From Candidatus Amunia macphersoniae (GTDB lineage Bacteria; Chloroflexota; Dormibacteria; Aeolococcales; Aeolococcaceae), in assembly GCA_016464795.1 (NCBI GenBank), contig JAEKNN010000030.1, positions 3,328-67,327 on the forward strand: DNA of 64,000 nucleotides, given 5' to 3'. Position 1 is the first letter of the stretch, and each line of letters begins with the position of its first letter. Both the position numbers and the translations under genes were made by a program. The notes under the pieces were generated by a model that had not been told where the DNA came from, searched no databases, and saw nothing but the letters and a program-made list of their open reading frames with translations. Positions 39,913 to 49,304 of the stretch are shown piece after piece.

Positions 39913-41417
39913 GCTGACAGCAGCTTGGCGTCCTCGCCACCCTCCTCGCCGAGGATCGAGCCGATCCGCTCCACAGCGGCGGGATTCTGCGACCGCAGCA
40001 CAACCACGGCGACGATGCCGATCACCAGCCAGGCCGCGGTGATGTACGGGGTCAGGTTGAGCGGGAACGGCGGCTGGGGGTACACCGAGCCGTAGAAGGC
40101 GGCGCCGAAGATGACGGCGCCGATGAGCGGGACGACCGCGTGCAGGAGCACGTTGTAGCTGGCCTTGGTGCGGCGAAAGAAGGCCATGCCGCCAAGGCAG
40201 AGCATGATGTAGACGAGGATGACGCCCAGCGTCCCGAGCGTCGCGAAGAAGAAGTACACGGTCTGAGGTGCGCCACCGAAGGCATCCTGAGACCAGAGGT
40301 ACCCGACGAGTGCAGCCAGCACTGTGCTGATTCCCGCCACCGTGAGGGTGGCGTTGGCCGGCGTCCTGAAGCGCGCGTTGGTCTTGCCGAACCAGCGTGG
40401 CATCACGCCTTCACGGCCCATGGCGAACAGCGTTCTCGCGGCGGCGGTGGCGCATGCCAAGCAGACGATGAATGCCGACAGCATGCCGCCGATCTCGACG
40501 AGCTGCGGAAACGGGCCGCCCACGAAGTTCTTGGCCACCGTCTTGAGCGCGAAGGCATCCGACCCGAAGGCTGCATTGTCAACCCCAAAGCCGACAGTCA
40601 TCGCATAGGTGGTGAAGAGGTAGAAGACGATGGCGAAGCCGGTGGCCGCGATGATGGCGATCGGGATCGACCGGCGTGGATTGTCAGTCTCCTCGCCGAA
40701 GTCGGCTGCGGTCTCGAAGCCGATGTACGAGGTGACCCCGAGGATGATCCCGTAGAACACGCCGTTGAAGCCGCCCGAGATGGTGTGCCCGAACGTGAAG
40801 GGCTGCACCGTGTTGCCTCCGGCGCCGCCCTTGGCGGTGGTGATGACGTCGACGACGACGATGACCGCCACGGTGATGGCACCGACCAGCAGCTGGACTC
40901 GAGTGGTCACCCTGATGGCGATGATCGACAGCGTGACCAGCAAGGCCATACCGATCAGGAAGAAGAGGAACCAGAGCTTGGGATCCAGGCCGAGCAGGTT
41001 GACCGCGAGAGCGGCGGTACCGGCCATGGTCATGGGCACGAAGCACGAGAGACCAAACGCGTAGAGCCAGCCGGCAACGAAGCCACCCTCCTTGCCGATG
41101 CTCCGCGACGCGTACGTGTACGCGTACCCCGCCGATGCCATGCGCCGGGTGAAGCCGATCACCACGAACGCCAACGCCAAGATGCCGACGCCACCGAGGA
41201 GGAACGACAGCGGCGTCGAGCCGCCGGCCACGGCGGCGACGCCAGGCACGTTGAGGAACATCGCCATTCCCGGCGCCAGCACCGAGACCGAGATGGCGAC
41301 CGCGTCCCACGTGGTGAGCGTGCCGCGGGCCAGCTGATTGGCTCCGGTCGCCGTGAGCACACCCGGTCCACTGGCGGACACCGGGTCCGGACCACGGGTG
41401 GTCTTCGTCTGCGTCAT
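39909..41417 (-). CDS. APC family amino acid/amine permease
   Basis: About 12 TM segments; SAGYAYTY, YIGFETAADFGEET.NP and RTLFAMGREG motifs. Confidence 0.9.
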   Translation of the reverse strand: MTQTKTTRGPDPVSASGPGVLTATGANQLARGTLTTWDAVAISVSVLAPGMAMFLNVPGVAAVAGGSTPLSFLLGGVGILALAFVVIGFTRRMASAGYAYTYASRSIGKEGGFVAGWLYAFGLSCFVPMTMAGTAALAVNLLGLDPKLWFLFFLIGMALLVTLSIIAIRVTTRVQLLVGAITVAVIVVVDVITTAKGGAGGNTVQPFTFGHTISGGFNGVFYGIILGVTSYIGFETAADFGEETDNPRRSIPIAIIAATGFAIVFYLFTTYAMTVGFGVDNAAFGSDAFALKTVAKNFVGGPFPQLVEIGGMLSAFIVCLACATAAARTLFAMGREGVMPRWFGKTNARFRTPANATLTVAGISTVLAALVGYLWSQDAFGGAPQTVYFFFATLGTLGVILVYIMLCLGGMAFFRRTKASYNVLLHAVVPLIGAVIFGAAFYGSVYPQPPFPLNLTPYITAAWLVIGIVAVVVLRSQNPAAVERIGSILGEEGGEDAKLLSA

Positions 41418-41767
41418 CGTCTCTCCTCCTCTTCGCGGTGAGATGCCTGCGGCATCAGAGCTGTGTCAGGGTCCAGGAAGTAATCGAAGGCGAGCGGCGT
41501 GCACTGCCGCTCCACGATCCAGCGGTTGAATGCCTGGTGGACGGGGTGCTGCCGGTATCGCTCCAGCTCGGCGGTCCCGGCGAACTCCATGTACAGCAGC
41601 CGTGAGTACCCGTTGGTTCGAGCGCCGGTGAGGTCCGCACCGAAACGCAGCTGGGTCATGCAGCCGATCTGGCTCGGCCACGACGCCACCTGCGCCTTCA
41701 TGTCTGCGGCGTCCTGGGTGGACAGCTCCTGCGGGAACGAGAAGAGCACCACGTGCTGGAGGGTCAT
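41414..41767 (-). CDS. Dabb (stress-responsive A/B barrel) protein
   Basis: QHVVLF, YMEF..LERYRQHPVHQ and AFDY motifs. Confidence 0.85.
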   Translation of the reverse strand: MTLQHVVLFSFPQELSTQDAADMKAQVASWPSQIGCMTQLRFGADLTGARTNGYSRLLYMEFAGTAELERYRQHPVHQAFNRWIVERQCTPLAFDYFLDPDTALMPQASHREEEERR

Positions 41768-41770
41768 GCG

Positions 41771-43282
41771 TCAATACACCTCGAAGTACTCACGCATCTC
41801 CCAGTCGGACACCACCTGGCCGTCGGCGAGCGGCGTCTCCGCGAGCGCTGCCTGATAGCGCGCGTACTCGGCGCGCTTCATCATCAGGTAGTAGTCGACG
41901 AAGCTGTCCCCGAACTCGCGCGCAAACAGCTCGTCGTTGGCCAGCGCGGCGATGGCTGCCTCGAGCGAGGTGGGCAGCAGCTCAGCGTCCTCGACGTAGG
42001 GATCGGCTGATACCGGGGGCGGCGGTTCCAGGCCACGGCGAATGCCATCGAGGCCCGCGGCGATGTTCGCCGCCATGTAGAGGTAGGGGTTGGCGGCGGG
42101 CTCGCCGAGGCGGTTCTCGATGTGGGTACCCGTGTCCCCGGCCCCTCCCTGCACGCGCACCATGGCACCACGGTTCTCCAGCGCCCAGCCGATCCGGTCG
42201 GGCGCGAAGGAGTACGGGCGGAAGCGCCCGTAGCCGTTGACCGTCGGGGTGGTGAAGATGGTCATCGGCTTGGCGTGCTCGAGCAAGCCGGCGACGAACT
42301 GGCGGCCGACGCGCGAGAGCATCTCATCCTCTGACGCAAAGGCGTTGCTGCCGGTGTCGGCAGCAACCAGCGACTCGTGAAGGTGCCAGCCGGACGGGAA
42401 GAAGTTGGGCAGTGACGGCCAGCACATGAAGGTCGCCAGGAGTCCACGGCGGCGGCAGATCGCCTTGACCGCACTGCGGAAAAGGATCATCGCGTCGGCG
42501 GCGGCGAGGCCGGTCAGGGGGCTGAAGGTGGCCTCCATCTGGCCGGGACCCCATTCGTCCTCCATGGTCCGCGGCGGCAGGCCGACGTCGTAGAGGGCGT
42601 CGCGCAGGGCGCTGACTGTGCTCTCGACGCCGTCGAGCCGTGTCTCGGAGAGGAACTGGTATCCGTGCTCGAAGATGTCCACAGCCGGAGTGGGTGCCGG
42701 GGCACCCGTTTGGTCGAGCCCGATGCGGTCGCTGATCAGGCGCACGATGTAGTACTCGACCTCGAGGCCCGCCGCGTACAGGTATCCCGCCGCCTCGAGG
42801 CGGCGCAACTGCTCGCGCATGATCGCCCGGCCGTCGAGCGGCACCGGCTTGCCGTTGCTGAAGTACACGTCGCAGAGCACCCAGCCGGTGCGGTCTGCCC
42901 ACGGAAGAACGCGAAAGGTGGCCGGGTCGGGCACGATCACAACGTCGGGGAACCCGGTGAACTCGTCGATGCCGAAGCCGCCGCCGGCTCCGAAGGCGGT
43001 GGGGAAGACGGCATTGCCGGTGTCGAGGCTGTAGATGGCGCCGGAGAAGTCAGCCCCGTTGCTCATCGCCGCGATGGCTGCCTCGGCGGAGAGGAACTTG
43101 GTGCGCGGCACGCCGTGCTGGTCGACCAGGACAACCCGAACGGTGCGCAGGCCCCTCTCGCGTATCTCGGCAGCGACCCCGCGTGCGGTCTCCTGCTGCT
43201 CCGCTGTGTGCAGCCCGTGTCTGGCCACGAAGCCGGGTGTGCCGATGCCGTGGTCGATCCGGCCGGCCTCGGGCGCGCTCAC
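41771..43282 (-). CDS. Glutamine synthetase-like gamma-glutamyl-amine ligase, TdnQ/AtdA1-like subfamily
   Basis: DQHG..R.K, VPDPATFRVLPWADRTGW, GLEVEYY, EDEWGPGQME, SGWHLHESL, ENRGAM.R, ENRLGEPAANPYL and WEMREYF motifs; GTG 43282 overlaps the Lrp stop. Confidence 0.85.
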   Translation of the reverse strand: MSAPEAGRIDHGIGTPGFVARHGLHTAEQQETARGVAAEIRERGLRTVRVVLVDQHGVPRTKFLSAEAAIAAMSNGADFSGAIYSLDTGNAVFPTAFGAGGGFGIDEFTGFPDVVIVPDPATFRVLPWADRTGWVLCDVYFSNGKPVPLDGRAIMREQLRRLEAAGYLYAAGLEVEYYIVRLISDRIGLDQTGAPAPTPAVDIFEHGYQFLSETRLDGVESTVSALRDALYDVGLPPRTMEDEWGPGQMEATFSPLTGLAAADAMILFRSAVKAICRRRGLLATFMCWPSLPNFFPSGWHLHESLVAADTGSNAFASEDEMLSRVGRQFVAGLLEHAKPMTIFTTPTVNGYGRFRPYSFAPDRIGWALENRGAMVRVQGGAGDTGTHIENRLGEPAANPYLYMAANIAAGLDGIRRGLEPPPPVSADPYVEDAELLPTSLEAAIAALANDELFAREFGDSFVDYYLMMKRAEYARYQAALAETPLADGQVVSDWEMREYFEVY

Positions 43283-43854
43283 GCCGCCCCTCCCTGGGAT
43301 GCGCGGGTGTCGGCCAGGTCGGTGCGCATCGATGAGATCAGCTGCGCAGCGAAATGCTTGGGCTGCATGCCCGCCAGCGTCAGCAGGGTCTCCGTCCTCT
43401 GCACGCCGGTGATCTGCCACACCCGTTCGAGGAGCAGCTTCTGGAGGTGGTTGTGATCGCGGACGACGAGCCGGGCAAGCAGGTCGATGGCCCCGGTCAC
43501 GAGGCTCACGTCGGCCACCTCGGGAAGGGCTCTCAGCTCCTCGATGATCGGCGCCAGTGACTGTCCCTGCACGGCGGTGATGGTCAGGAACACCGTCACC
43601 GGGAATCCCGCCTCCGCCCAGCCGATGTCGACGGTGTAGCCGCGGATCACGCCCGAGCGCTCCAAGCGCGCCAGGCGCTCCCCGACAGCCGGGGGAGACA
43701 TGCCCAGGTCGCGGGCCAGGCGGCGCTGGGACATCCGAGCATCCCCGGCCAGGAGACGAAGGAGATCCAGGTCGACCGCATCGAGGCTGGCGGCTCGAAC
43801 CGGCGGCGCCACCACCTCGACCAGGCCGGCCAAGGGACCCGAACTCTTACGCAT
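43279..43854 (-). CDS. Lrp/AsnC family regulator
   Basis: LDAVDLDLLRLL..DARMS..LA..LGMSPPAVGERL.RLE..GVIRGY. Confidence 0.92.
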   Translation of the reverse strand: MRKSSGPLAGLVEVVAPPVRAASLDAVDLDLLRLLAGDARMSQRRLARDLGMSPPAVGERLARLERSGVIRGYTVDIGWAEAGFPVTVFLTITAVQGQSLAPIIEELRALPEVADVSLVTGAIDLLARLVVRDHNHLQKLLLERVWQITGVQRTETLLTLAGMQPKHFAAQLISSMRTDLADTRASQGGAA

Positions 43855-43993
43855 ACGTTAGCCTCACGGCCGTGCCGACTTGCCAATCGCGCGCCATTTC
43901 GACAATATCTCCTTTCGCGCGGACGTTTTCGGTGGGCAAAGTCTGCCGGTCGAGTCCGGCGGTGTCAAGGTGAACCCGGGAGATCCTGCACAG

Positions 43994-45205
43994 ATGGCAA
44001 CGCTGCCTCAGCCTGGTTGGTCGCCAGCCTTCGCGCGCCGCACCCAGGGTGCCAGCGGTGAGCTGGCCGCCATCCTGGCCCTGGCCGCCGGCACCGGCAT
44101 GATCAGCTTCGCGGGCGGACTGCCGGACCCCCGGACGTTCCCGGTCGGGGTGCTGGCGGAGCTGACCAAACGCCTCCTGGCCGGCGACGCCGCGGTCAGC
44201 CTGCAGTACTCGCCCACCCCGGGGCTCCCCGGCCTTCGCCAGGCCTTCGGGGATCGGCTCGCGCACACCGAGGGGCGGCGGCCGCAGCCGGGCGAGCTGA
44301 TGGTCACCAGCGGCACCATCGACGCCATCGGGCTCCTGGCCAAGGCACTGATCGACGCCGGGGACGTCGTGGCCGTGGAAGCACCCACCTACCTCGGGGC
44401 CATCGACGGTTTCCGCGGCTTCCAGGCCGACATTCGCGGCATCCCAGTCGATGAGGATGGCGTCGATGTCGCCGCCTTCGAGCGGCTCTGCGCGAGCAAC
44501 GCACCGCCAAAGCTCCTCTACACCATCCCCGACCACCAGAACCCGACCGGGATCACGATGTCGGCGGAGCGGCGCACCGCCCTCGTCGAGGTGTGCCGAA
44601 AGCACGGTGTGCTGCTGGTCGAGGACGTCGCGTACCGTGAGCTGTCCTTCACCGCCGATCGGCCGCCGACACTGTGGTCACTGGCGCCAGACGTTGTCGT
44701 CCAGGCCGGCACCACGTCGAAGACGTTCTTCCCCGGGGTGCGCCTCGGCTGGGCGGTCGGTCCCGCCGAGGTCATCGCCCAGATGGTCATCGCCAAGCAG
44801 AATTCAGACCAATGCGCGGGCGCGTTCGGCCAGCGCCTGCTCGAGGAGTACCTGCGCGGACACCACCTCGACCCCCAGTTGCGCGCCTCCAGGGCTCTGT
44901 ACGCGGGGCGCTGCCACCTGATGCTGGCCGCGCTCGACGAGTACATGCCACCGGCGATCACCTGGACGCGCCCGCGTGGGGGCTTCTTCACCTGGCTGAG
45001 CGGGCCTGAGTGGCTCGACACCACCGCGCTCGCGCGGCGAGCCCGGGATGCGGGTCTCGCCTTCGTGCCCGGCCGTCCATTCCATCCCACCGGCGGCGGC
45101 GGCAACCAGCTTCGACTTGCCTACAGCCTTGCCGATGACGGTCAGATCATCGAGGGCGTGCGTCGTCTGGGCACCTTGATCAGGTCAACCATGGAGAACC
45201 GATGA
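43994..45205 (+). CDS. PLP-dependent aminotransferase (LysN/ARO8-like)
   Basis: ISFAGGLPD, EAPTY, QNPTG, EDVAY and SKTFFPGVRLGW motifs. Confidence 0.9.
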   Translation: MATLPQPGWSPAFARRTQGASGELAAILALAAGTGMISFAGGLPDPRTFPVGVLAELTKRLLAGDAAVSLQYSPTPGLPGLRQAFGDRLAHTEGRRPQPGELMVTSGTIDAIGLLAKALIDAGDVVAVEAPTYLGAIDGFRGFQADIRGIPVDEDGVDVAAFERLCASNAPPKLLYTIPDHQNPTGITMSAERRTALVEVCRKHGVLLVEDVAYRELSFTADRPPTLWSLAPDVVVQAGTTSKTFFPGVRLGWAVGPAEVIAQMVIAKQNSDQCAGAFGQRLLEEYLRGHHLDPQLRASRALYAGRCHLMLAALDEYMPPAITWTRPRGGFFTWLSGPEWLDTTALARRARDAGLAFVPGRPFHPTGGGGNQLRLAYSLADDGQIIEGVRRLGTLIRSTMENR

Positions 45206-45627
45206 CCGACAGCCTGCAACACTTCAGCACTGAGGCCGAAGGCGTCCCCACCGCGGCGGGGCGCTACGTCGATGTCGACGCCATCGAGTCTGTGGAGTTC
45301 GTCCCCGGGCTGGGCTTTCGCCCCGTCCTGGGCGAGCGCACCATGGTCAACTTCGTGTCGTTCGAGCCCCACACCGAGGCCCCCCTGCACGTGCACGAGG
45401 AAGAACAGATAGTCCTGGTCATCGACGGTGAGTTCGAGTTCAACATCGACGGGGATGTGCGGATGATGCGCACCGGCGACGTGGCGGTGATCCCGAGCTG
45501 GGTCCCGCACGGCGCGCGCACCCACGCCAGCAGCTGCAATGAGATCGACGTGTTCAACCCGCCGCGCCGGTCGCTGCTCGATCACGCCGGCAGGTCCTCG
45601 CCTCCGCCTGCGGGCGCGGGTGTGTAG
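45202..45627 (+). CDS. Cupin domain protein
   Basis: PLHVHEEEQ, IPSWVPHG and DVFNPPR motifs. Confidence 0.88.
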   Translation: MTDSLQHFSTEAEGVPTAAGRYVDVDAIESVEFVPGLGFRPVLGERTMVNFVSFEPHTEAPLHVHEEEQIVLVIDGEFEFNIDGDVRMMRTGDVAVIPSWVPHGARTHASSCNEIDVFNPPRRSLLDHAGRSSPPPAGAGV

Positions 45628-46410
45628 GTGGACCTCAAGCTCACCGGCCGGCGCGCCCTGGTCACCGGCGGTTCCAAGGGGATCGGGCTGGCGGTGGCGG
45701 AGGAGCTCGCTGGCGAGGGAGTCGACGTGGCCATCTGCGCACGCAACGCGGCCGAGGTGGAGGCGGCGGCCGAACGGCTGCGTCGGCTCGGGCACACAGT
45801 GCATGCCCAAGCGGCCGACGTCACCATCCCAGGGCAGGTCATCGACCTCGTCGAACGATCGGCGCAGGCGCTCGGGGGGCTCGACATCCTGGTCAACAAC
45901 GCCGGGGCGGCGCATCCCGGCAATTTCGAGTCCCTGACCGACGAGGACTGGCAGGGTGACCTCGACGTCAAGCTGTACTCGCAGATCCGCTGCACGCGCG
46001 CGGCACTCCCCCACCTCCGTCAGAGCCCGGCGGCGCGGGTCATCAACATCAACTCGGTCTACGCCCGCTATCCCGATCCCTCGTTCTTCGCCACCACCGT
46101 GAACCGTGCCGCCTGCCTCAACCTCTCCAAGGCACTGGCTCGCGAGTTCGCCGGTGAGGCGATTCTGGTCAACAGTGTCAACATCGGCCTGGTGGTCACC
46201 CCTCAGTGGCAGAACATCCGCGCCCGGCGGGCGCCGGACCTCAGCGAGGAGGAGTTCTTCGCGAGCCTGGCGAGGGACGAGGTTCCCCTGGGCCGTTTCG
46301 GGAGCGTCGCCGAGGTGAGCGGGCTGGTCGCCTTCCTGGCCAGTGACCGGGCCAGCTACCTCACCGGCACGTCGATCGATGTGGCCGGCGGCATGGGCAA
46401 GTACGTCTGA
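45628..46410 (+). CDS. SDR family oxidoreductase
   Basis: TGGSKGIG, NNAG and PLGRFG motifs; the catalytic YxxxK appears replaced by TTVNR. Confidence 0.9.
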   Translation: MDLKLTGRRALVTGGSKGIGLAVAEELAGEGVDVAICARNAAEVEAAAERLRRLGHTVHAQAADVTIPGQVIDLVERSAQALGGLDILVNNAGAAHPGNFESLTDEDWQGDLDVKLYSQIRCTRAALPHLRQSPAARVININSVYARYPDPSFFATTVNRAACLNLSKALAREFAGEAILVNSVNIGLVVTPQWQNIRARRAPDLSEEEFFASLARDEVPLGRFGSVAEVSGLVAFLASDRASYLTGTSIDVAGGMGKYV

Positions 46411-47246
46411 TGTGCCGGCTGCTCGGCTGGGCCGGAGCCGAGCCGGTCCCCGTCGCCACCGCGCTCGGGGACGACGACCTGGCCGCCTTCACCGCGCTGT
46501 CGCGCCAGCACGCGGACGGCTGGGGCATGGCCTGGTGGGGGGCCGACGCCGCTCGACGGGAGGGGGCACCGTCGGTGGCGAGGTCGACGACCTGTGCGGC
46601 GGACGACCCGCGGTTCAACGAGCTCGCCACCGGAGTCGCCGCCGACGCCGGCTTCGCTCACCTGCGCTGGGCGACCCCGGGACTCCCCGTGGTCACCGCC
46701 AACACCCATCCCTTCACCCATGGGCGACTGGCCTTCGCCCACAACGGAGCCATCCATCCGCAGCCGAGACTCGACGAGCTCCTGCCTGCCGGCTGGCGGT
46801 CGCAGATGGGGGGCACGACCGACAGCGAGCGGTACTTCCTGGCGATCGCCGCACGGCTGGACGGTGGCGAATCGCCCGTCGAGGCGGTGGCGGCTGTGGT
46901 CCACCACATCTTCGGTGAATTCGAGCCCACCAGCCTCAACGCGATGATGCTGGCACCGGACGCGCTCTACGTGATCAGCGCATACGACCAAGCACGGGTG
47001 CCGCCGCTGGGCGCCTCGGCAGGCCGTGCGTCCTCATCCGGCGAGCTGGACACAGTGTTCTACGACCTCCACTACCGTCGCCGAGTCGCTTCCGTGGTGG
47101 TGGCGTCGTCGGGCTTTTCCCAGCGCCGTGAGGATGGTTGGGAGCCACTGGGGAACATGCGCCTCTTGCGCATCGAGCGGGACACGCTGTCGACGTCCGT
47201 GTCCTCGCTGGAGAAACGTCCTGCCATCATCGGCGAGAGTTCATGA
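46410..47246 (+). CDS. Class II glutamine amidotransferase (EgtC-like gamma-glutamyl hydrolase)
   Basis: N-terminal MCRL nucleophile; HADGWG, HLRWAT, NTHPF, AHNG and TDSE motifs. Confidence 0.88.
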   Translation: MCRLLGWAGAEPVPVATALGDDDLAAFTALSRQHADGWGMAWWGADAARREGAPSVARSTTCAADDPRFNELATGVAADAGFAHLRWATPGLPVVTANTHPFTHGRLAFAHNGAIHPQPRLDELLPAGWRSQMGGTTDSERYFLAIAARLDGGESPVEAVAAVVHHIFGEFEPTSLNAMMLAPDALYVISAYDQARVPPLGASAGRASSSGELDTVFYDLHYRRRVASVVVASSGFSQRREDGWEPLGNMRLLRIERDTLSTSVSSLEKRPAIIGESS

Positions 47247-47407
47247 TCACCGGGGGGTGCTGCTCGGCGCGTTGACGGTTGACGCCATCGCTCGGCGCGG
47301 TCGCATGGCTGCCGGACGCGTCGCCCAGTTCGCGGCGCAGGCGCGCCTCATGCTGATGTAGGCTTCGGCCACCTGCCGGTGGGAAGATCTGGGGAAGGGA
47401 GAGCGAG

Positions 47408-49084
47408 ATGCAATCGATGACGCGCATGGGTTGGCACAGGAAGCTGCTCCTCGCCACCGGCACACTGGTGATGTGCGGCGGCGGTCTCGCCTCCTCCACC
47501 GCCGCCCACGCCAGCGGGCCGGCTGCCAACCAGGCCCTGACAGTGGCGGCGACACAGCTGTCCTACAGTGCCACTCCCGAGACCACCAATCCCGACACCG
47601 AGCCGGTCAACGGGGCGGCGCCATACACCGGTGCGCCGCTGGTCCTGCAATCGTCGATCACCGGACGCGAAGCCGGTGAGCCGACCATCGGGATCAACAA
47701 GAAGGGCACAGTGTTCATCCCCGGCGACACCTTCGACTCCACCGGCGGCGCCCTGGCCCGCAACATCGAGCTGAAGACCACCGACCACGGCGTCACCTTC
47801 AAGGACATCTCACCGAACGTCGCCGGCGTCAACACCCACCCGGTGACCCTCGACACGATCACCTATGTGGACAAGACCTACGGACGGCTGTTCACCCTCG
47901 ACACCACCGCCGCCGCGGGATCGCTGCTCTCCTTCAGCGACGATGAGGGTGCGACCTACACCACCACCATGGCTCTCGCCGCCGGGGTCAACGACCACCA
48001 GACGGTCGTCACCGGTGTGGTGCCTCCGGGATCGCCGCTGATCACGCTCGACCCGAAGTTCCCAAAGCTCGTGTACTACTGCGTCAACACAGTCGCCGCG
48101 GTGAGCTGCTCGCGCAGCCTCGACGGCGGGGTGAGCTTCATCCAGATGAACTCGCCGTTTCCGTTGCACATTGCCCAGAGCCTGCCACTGAGCGGACTGT
48201 GCAGCAGCCTGGTGGGGCACATGGTCACCGACCCGGCGGGCAACCTCTATGTCCCCAGCGCCTTCAATGAGATCGCGGGCTGCGGCCAGCCACAGGTGGC
48301 CGTCTCGCACGATGCCGGCAACACCTGGACCCAGGCCTTCGTCAACACCAACATCAACGACCCCTACAACAACGTTGGCCTGGCTTCCGACACCGCAGGT
48401 AACATCTACAGCATCTGGCAGGACGACAAGCACAACCTTCCGTACATGTCGGTCTCCAGGAACCAGGGGGCGCAGTGGAGCACGCCGGTGATGGTGGCTC
48501 CACCCGGCGTTCGGGTCAGCAACTTCCCGGCGATCGACGCGGGCGACCCGGGAAGGGTGGCGATCAGCTTCCCCGGATCGGCTGATGCCCTTGCCAACAC
48601 CGACAACACCAAGGCTCCCTGGCAGTACTACGTCGCGTTCTCCAACGACGCGCTGGCACCGTCGCCGCACTTCGTCTCGCAGGTGACCCAGATCGCCAAT
48701 GGCCCAGGGACGACGACCACCACCATGCATCGCGGAGCATGCAATGGTCGCTGCGGTGGCCTCTTCGACTTCCTCGATGTCAAGGTGGCGCCGACCGCCG
48801 GTGGGCCTGGGTGGGCGGCGCTGTCAGACGACTGCACGGGTCCGTGCGGCACACCCGGGGGTGGCGTCAGCAATGACCCCTCCGCTGGAATGGGCCTCAC
48901 CGTCGAGGAGATCTCGGGCCCTGCCCAGTTGGGCAGCGGGATGGACCTCGGCCCCCCCGCGGGCAACGTGCCGGAGACGCCGATGGCATTGTTGCTGCCC
49001 CTTGCCGCCGTTTCCGTGGGCGTGGGGATGATTGTGCAGCGCCGGCGGGCCGGCCGAGGCGGCCGAATGACTGCGGTCCGGTGA
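47408..49084 (+). CDS. Secreted BNR/Asp-box (sialidase-like beta-propeller) protein with C-terminal VPETP-TM-basic tail
   Basis: Signal peptide (AHA); Asp-boxes TTDHGVTF, SDDEGATY, SLDGGVSF, SHDAGNTW and SRNQGAQW; ends VPETP-hydrophobic-QRRR. Confidence 0.8.
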   Translation: MQSMTRMGWHRKLLLATGTLVMCGGGLASSTAAHASGPAANQALTVAATQLSYSATPETTNPDTEPVNGAAPYTGAPLVLQSSITGREAGEPTIGINKKGTVFIPGDTFDSTGGALARNIELKTTDHGVTFKDISPNVAGVNTHPVTLDTITYVDKTYGRLFTLDTTAAAGSLLSFSDDEGATYTTTMALAAGVNDHQTVVTGVVPPGSPLITLDPKFPKLVYYCVNTVAAVSCSRSLDGGVSFIQMNSPFPLHIAQSLPLSGLCSSLVGHMVTDPAGNLYVPSAFNEIAGCGQPQVAVSHDAGNTWTQAFVNTNINDPYNNVGLASDTAGNIYSIWQDDKHNLPYMSVSRNQGAQWSTPVMVAPPGVRVSNFPAIDAGDPGRVAISFPGSADALANTDNTKAPWQYYVAFSNDALAPSPHFVSQVTQIANGPGTTTTTMHRGACNGRCGGLFDFLDVKVAPTAGGPGWAALSDDCTGPCGTPGGGVSNDPSAGMGLTVEEISGPAQLGSGMDLGPPAGNVPETPMALLLPLAAVSVGVGMIVQRRRAGRGGRMTAVR

Positions 49085-49094
49085 GCTGCCGCAG

Positions 49095-49271
49095 GTGAAC
49101 AAGGTCGTCCTGACAGCGTGGGTGGTTGTCGCGGTGTGCGTCGTCGCCGCCGTTGTCGCCGCCGTGGCTCAGCCGCTGCACTGGGAGCGGACGGTCGGCG
49201 CCGCAGTGGTGCTTGGCGTCATCGCCGCGGCTGTGGCAGTGGTCCGATCGCGGCGGCCAACACAGGGCTGA
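49095..49271 (+). CDS. Small two-TM membrane protein (58 aa; below the ORF-track cutoff)
   Basis: MNKVVLTAWVVVAVCVVAAVVAAVAQPLHWERTVGAAVVLGVIAAAVAVVRSRRPTQG; starts 10 nt after the previous stop. Confidence 0.55.
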   Translation: MNKVVLTAWVVVAVCVVAAVVAAVAQPLHWERTVGAAVVLGVIAAAVAVVRSRRPTQG

Positions 49272-49304
49272 CCTCCGCCAGCAGGGCGCACCCGCGATCC
49301 AGGG

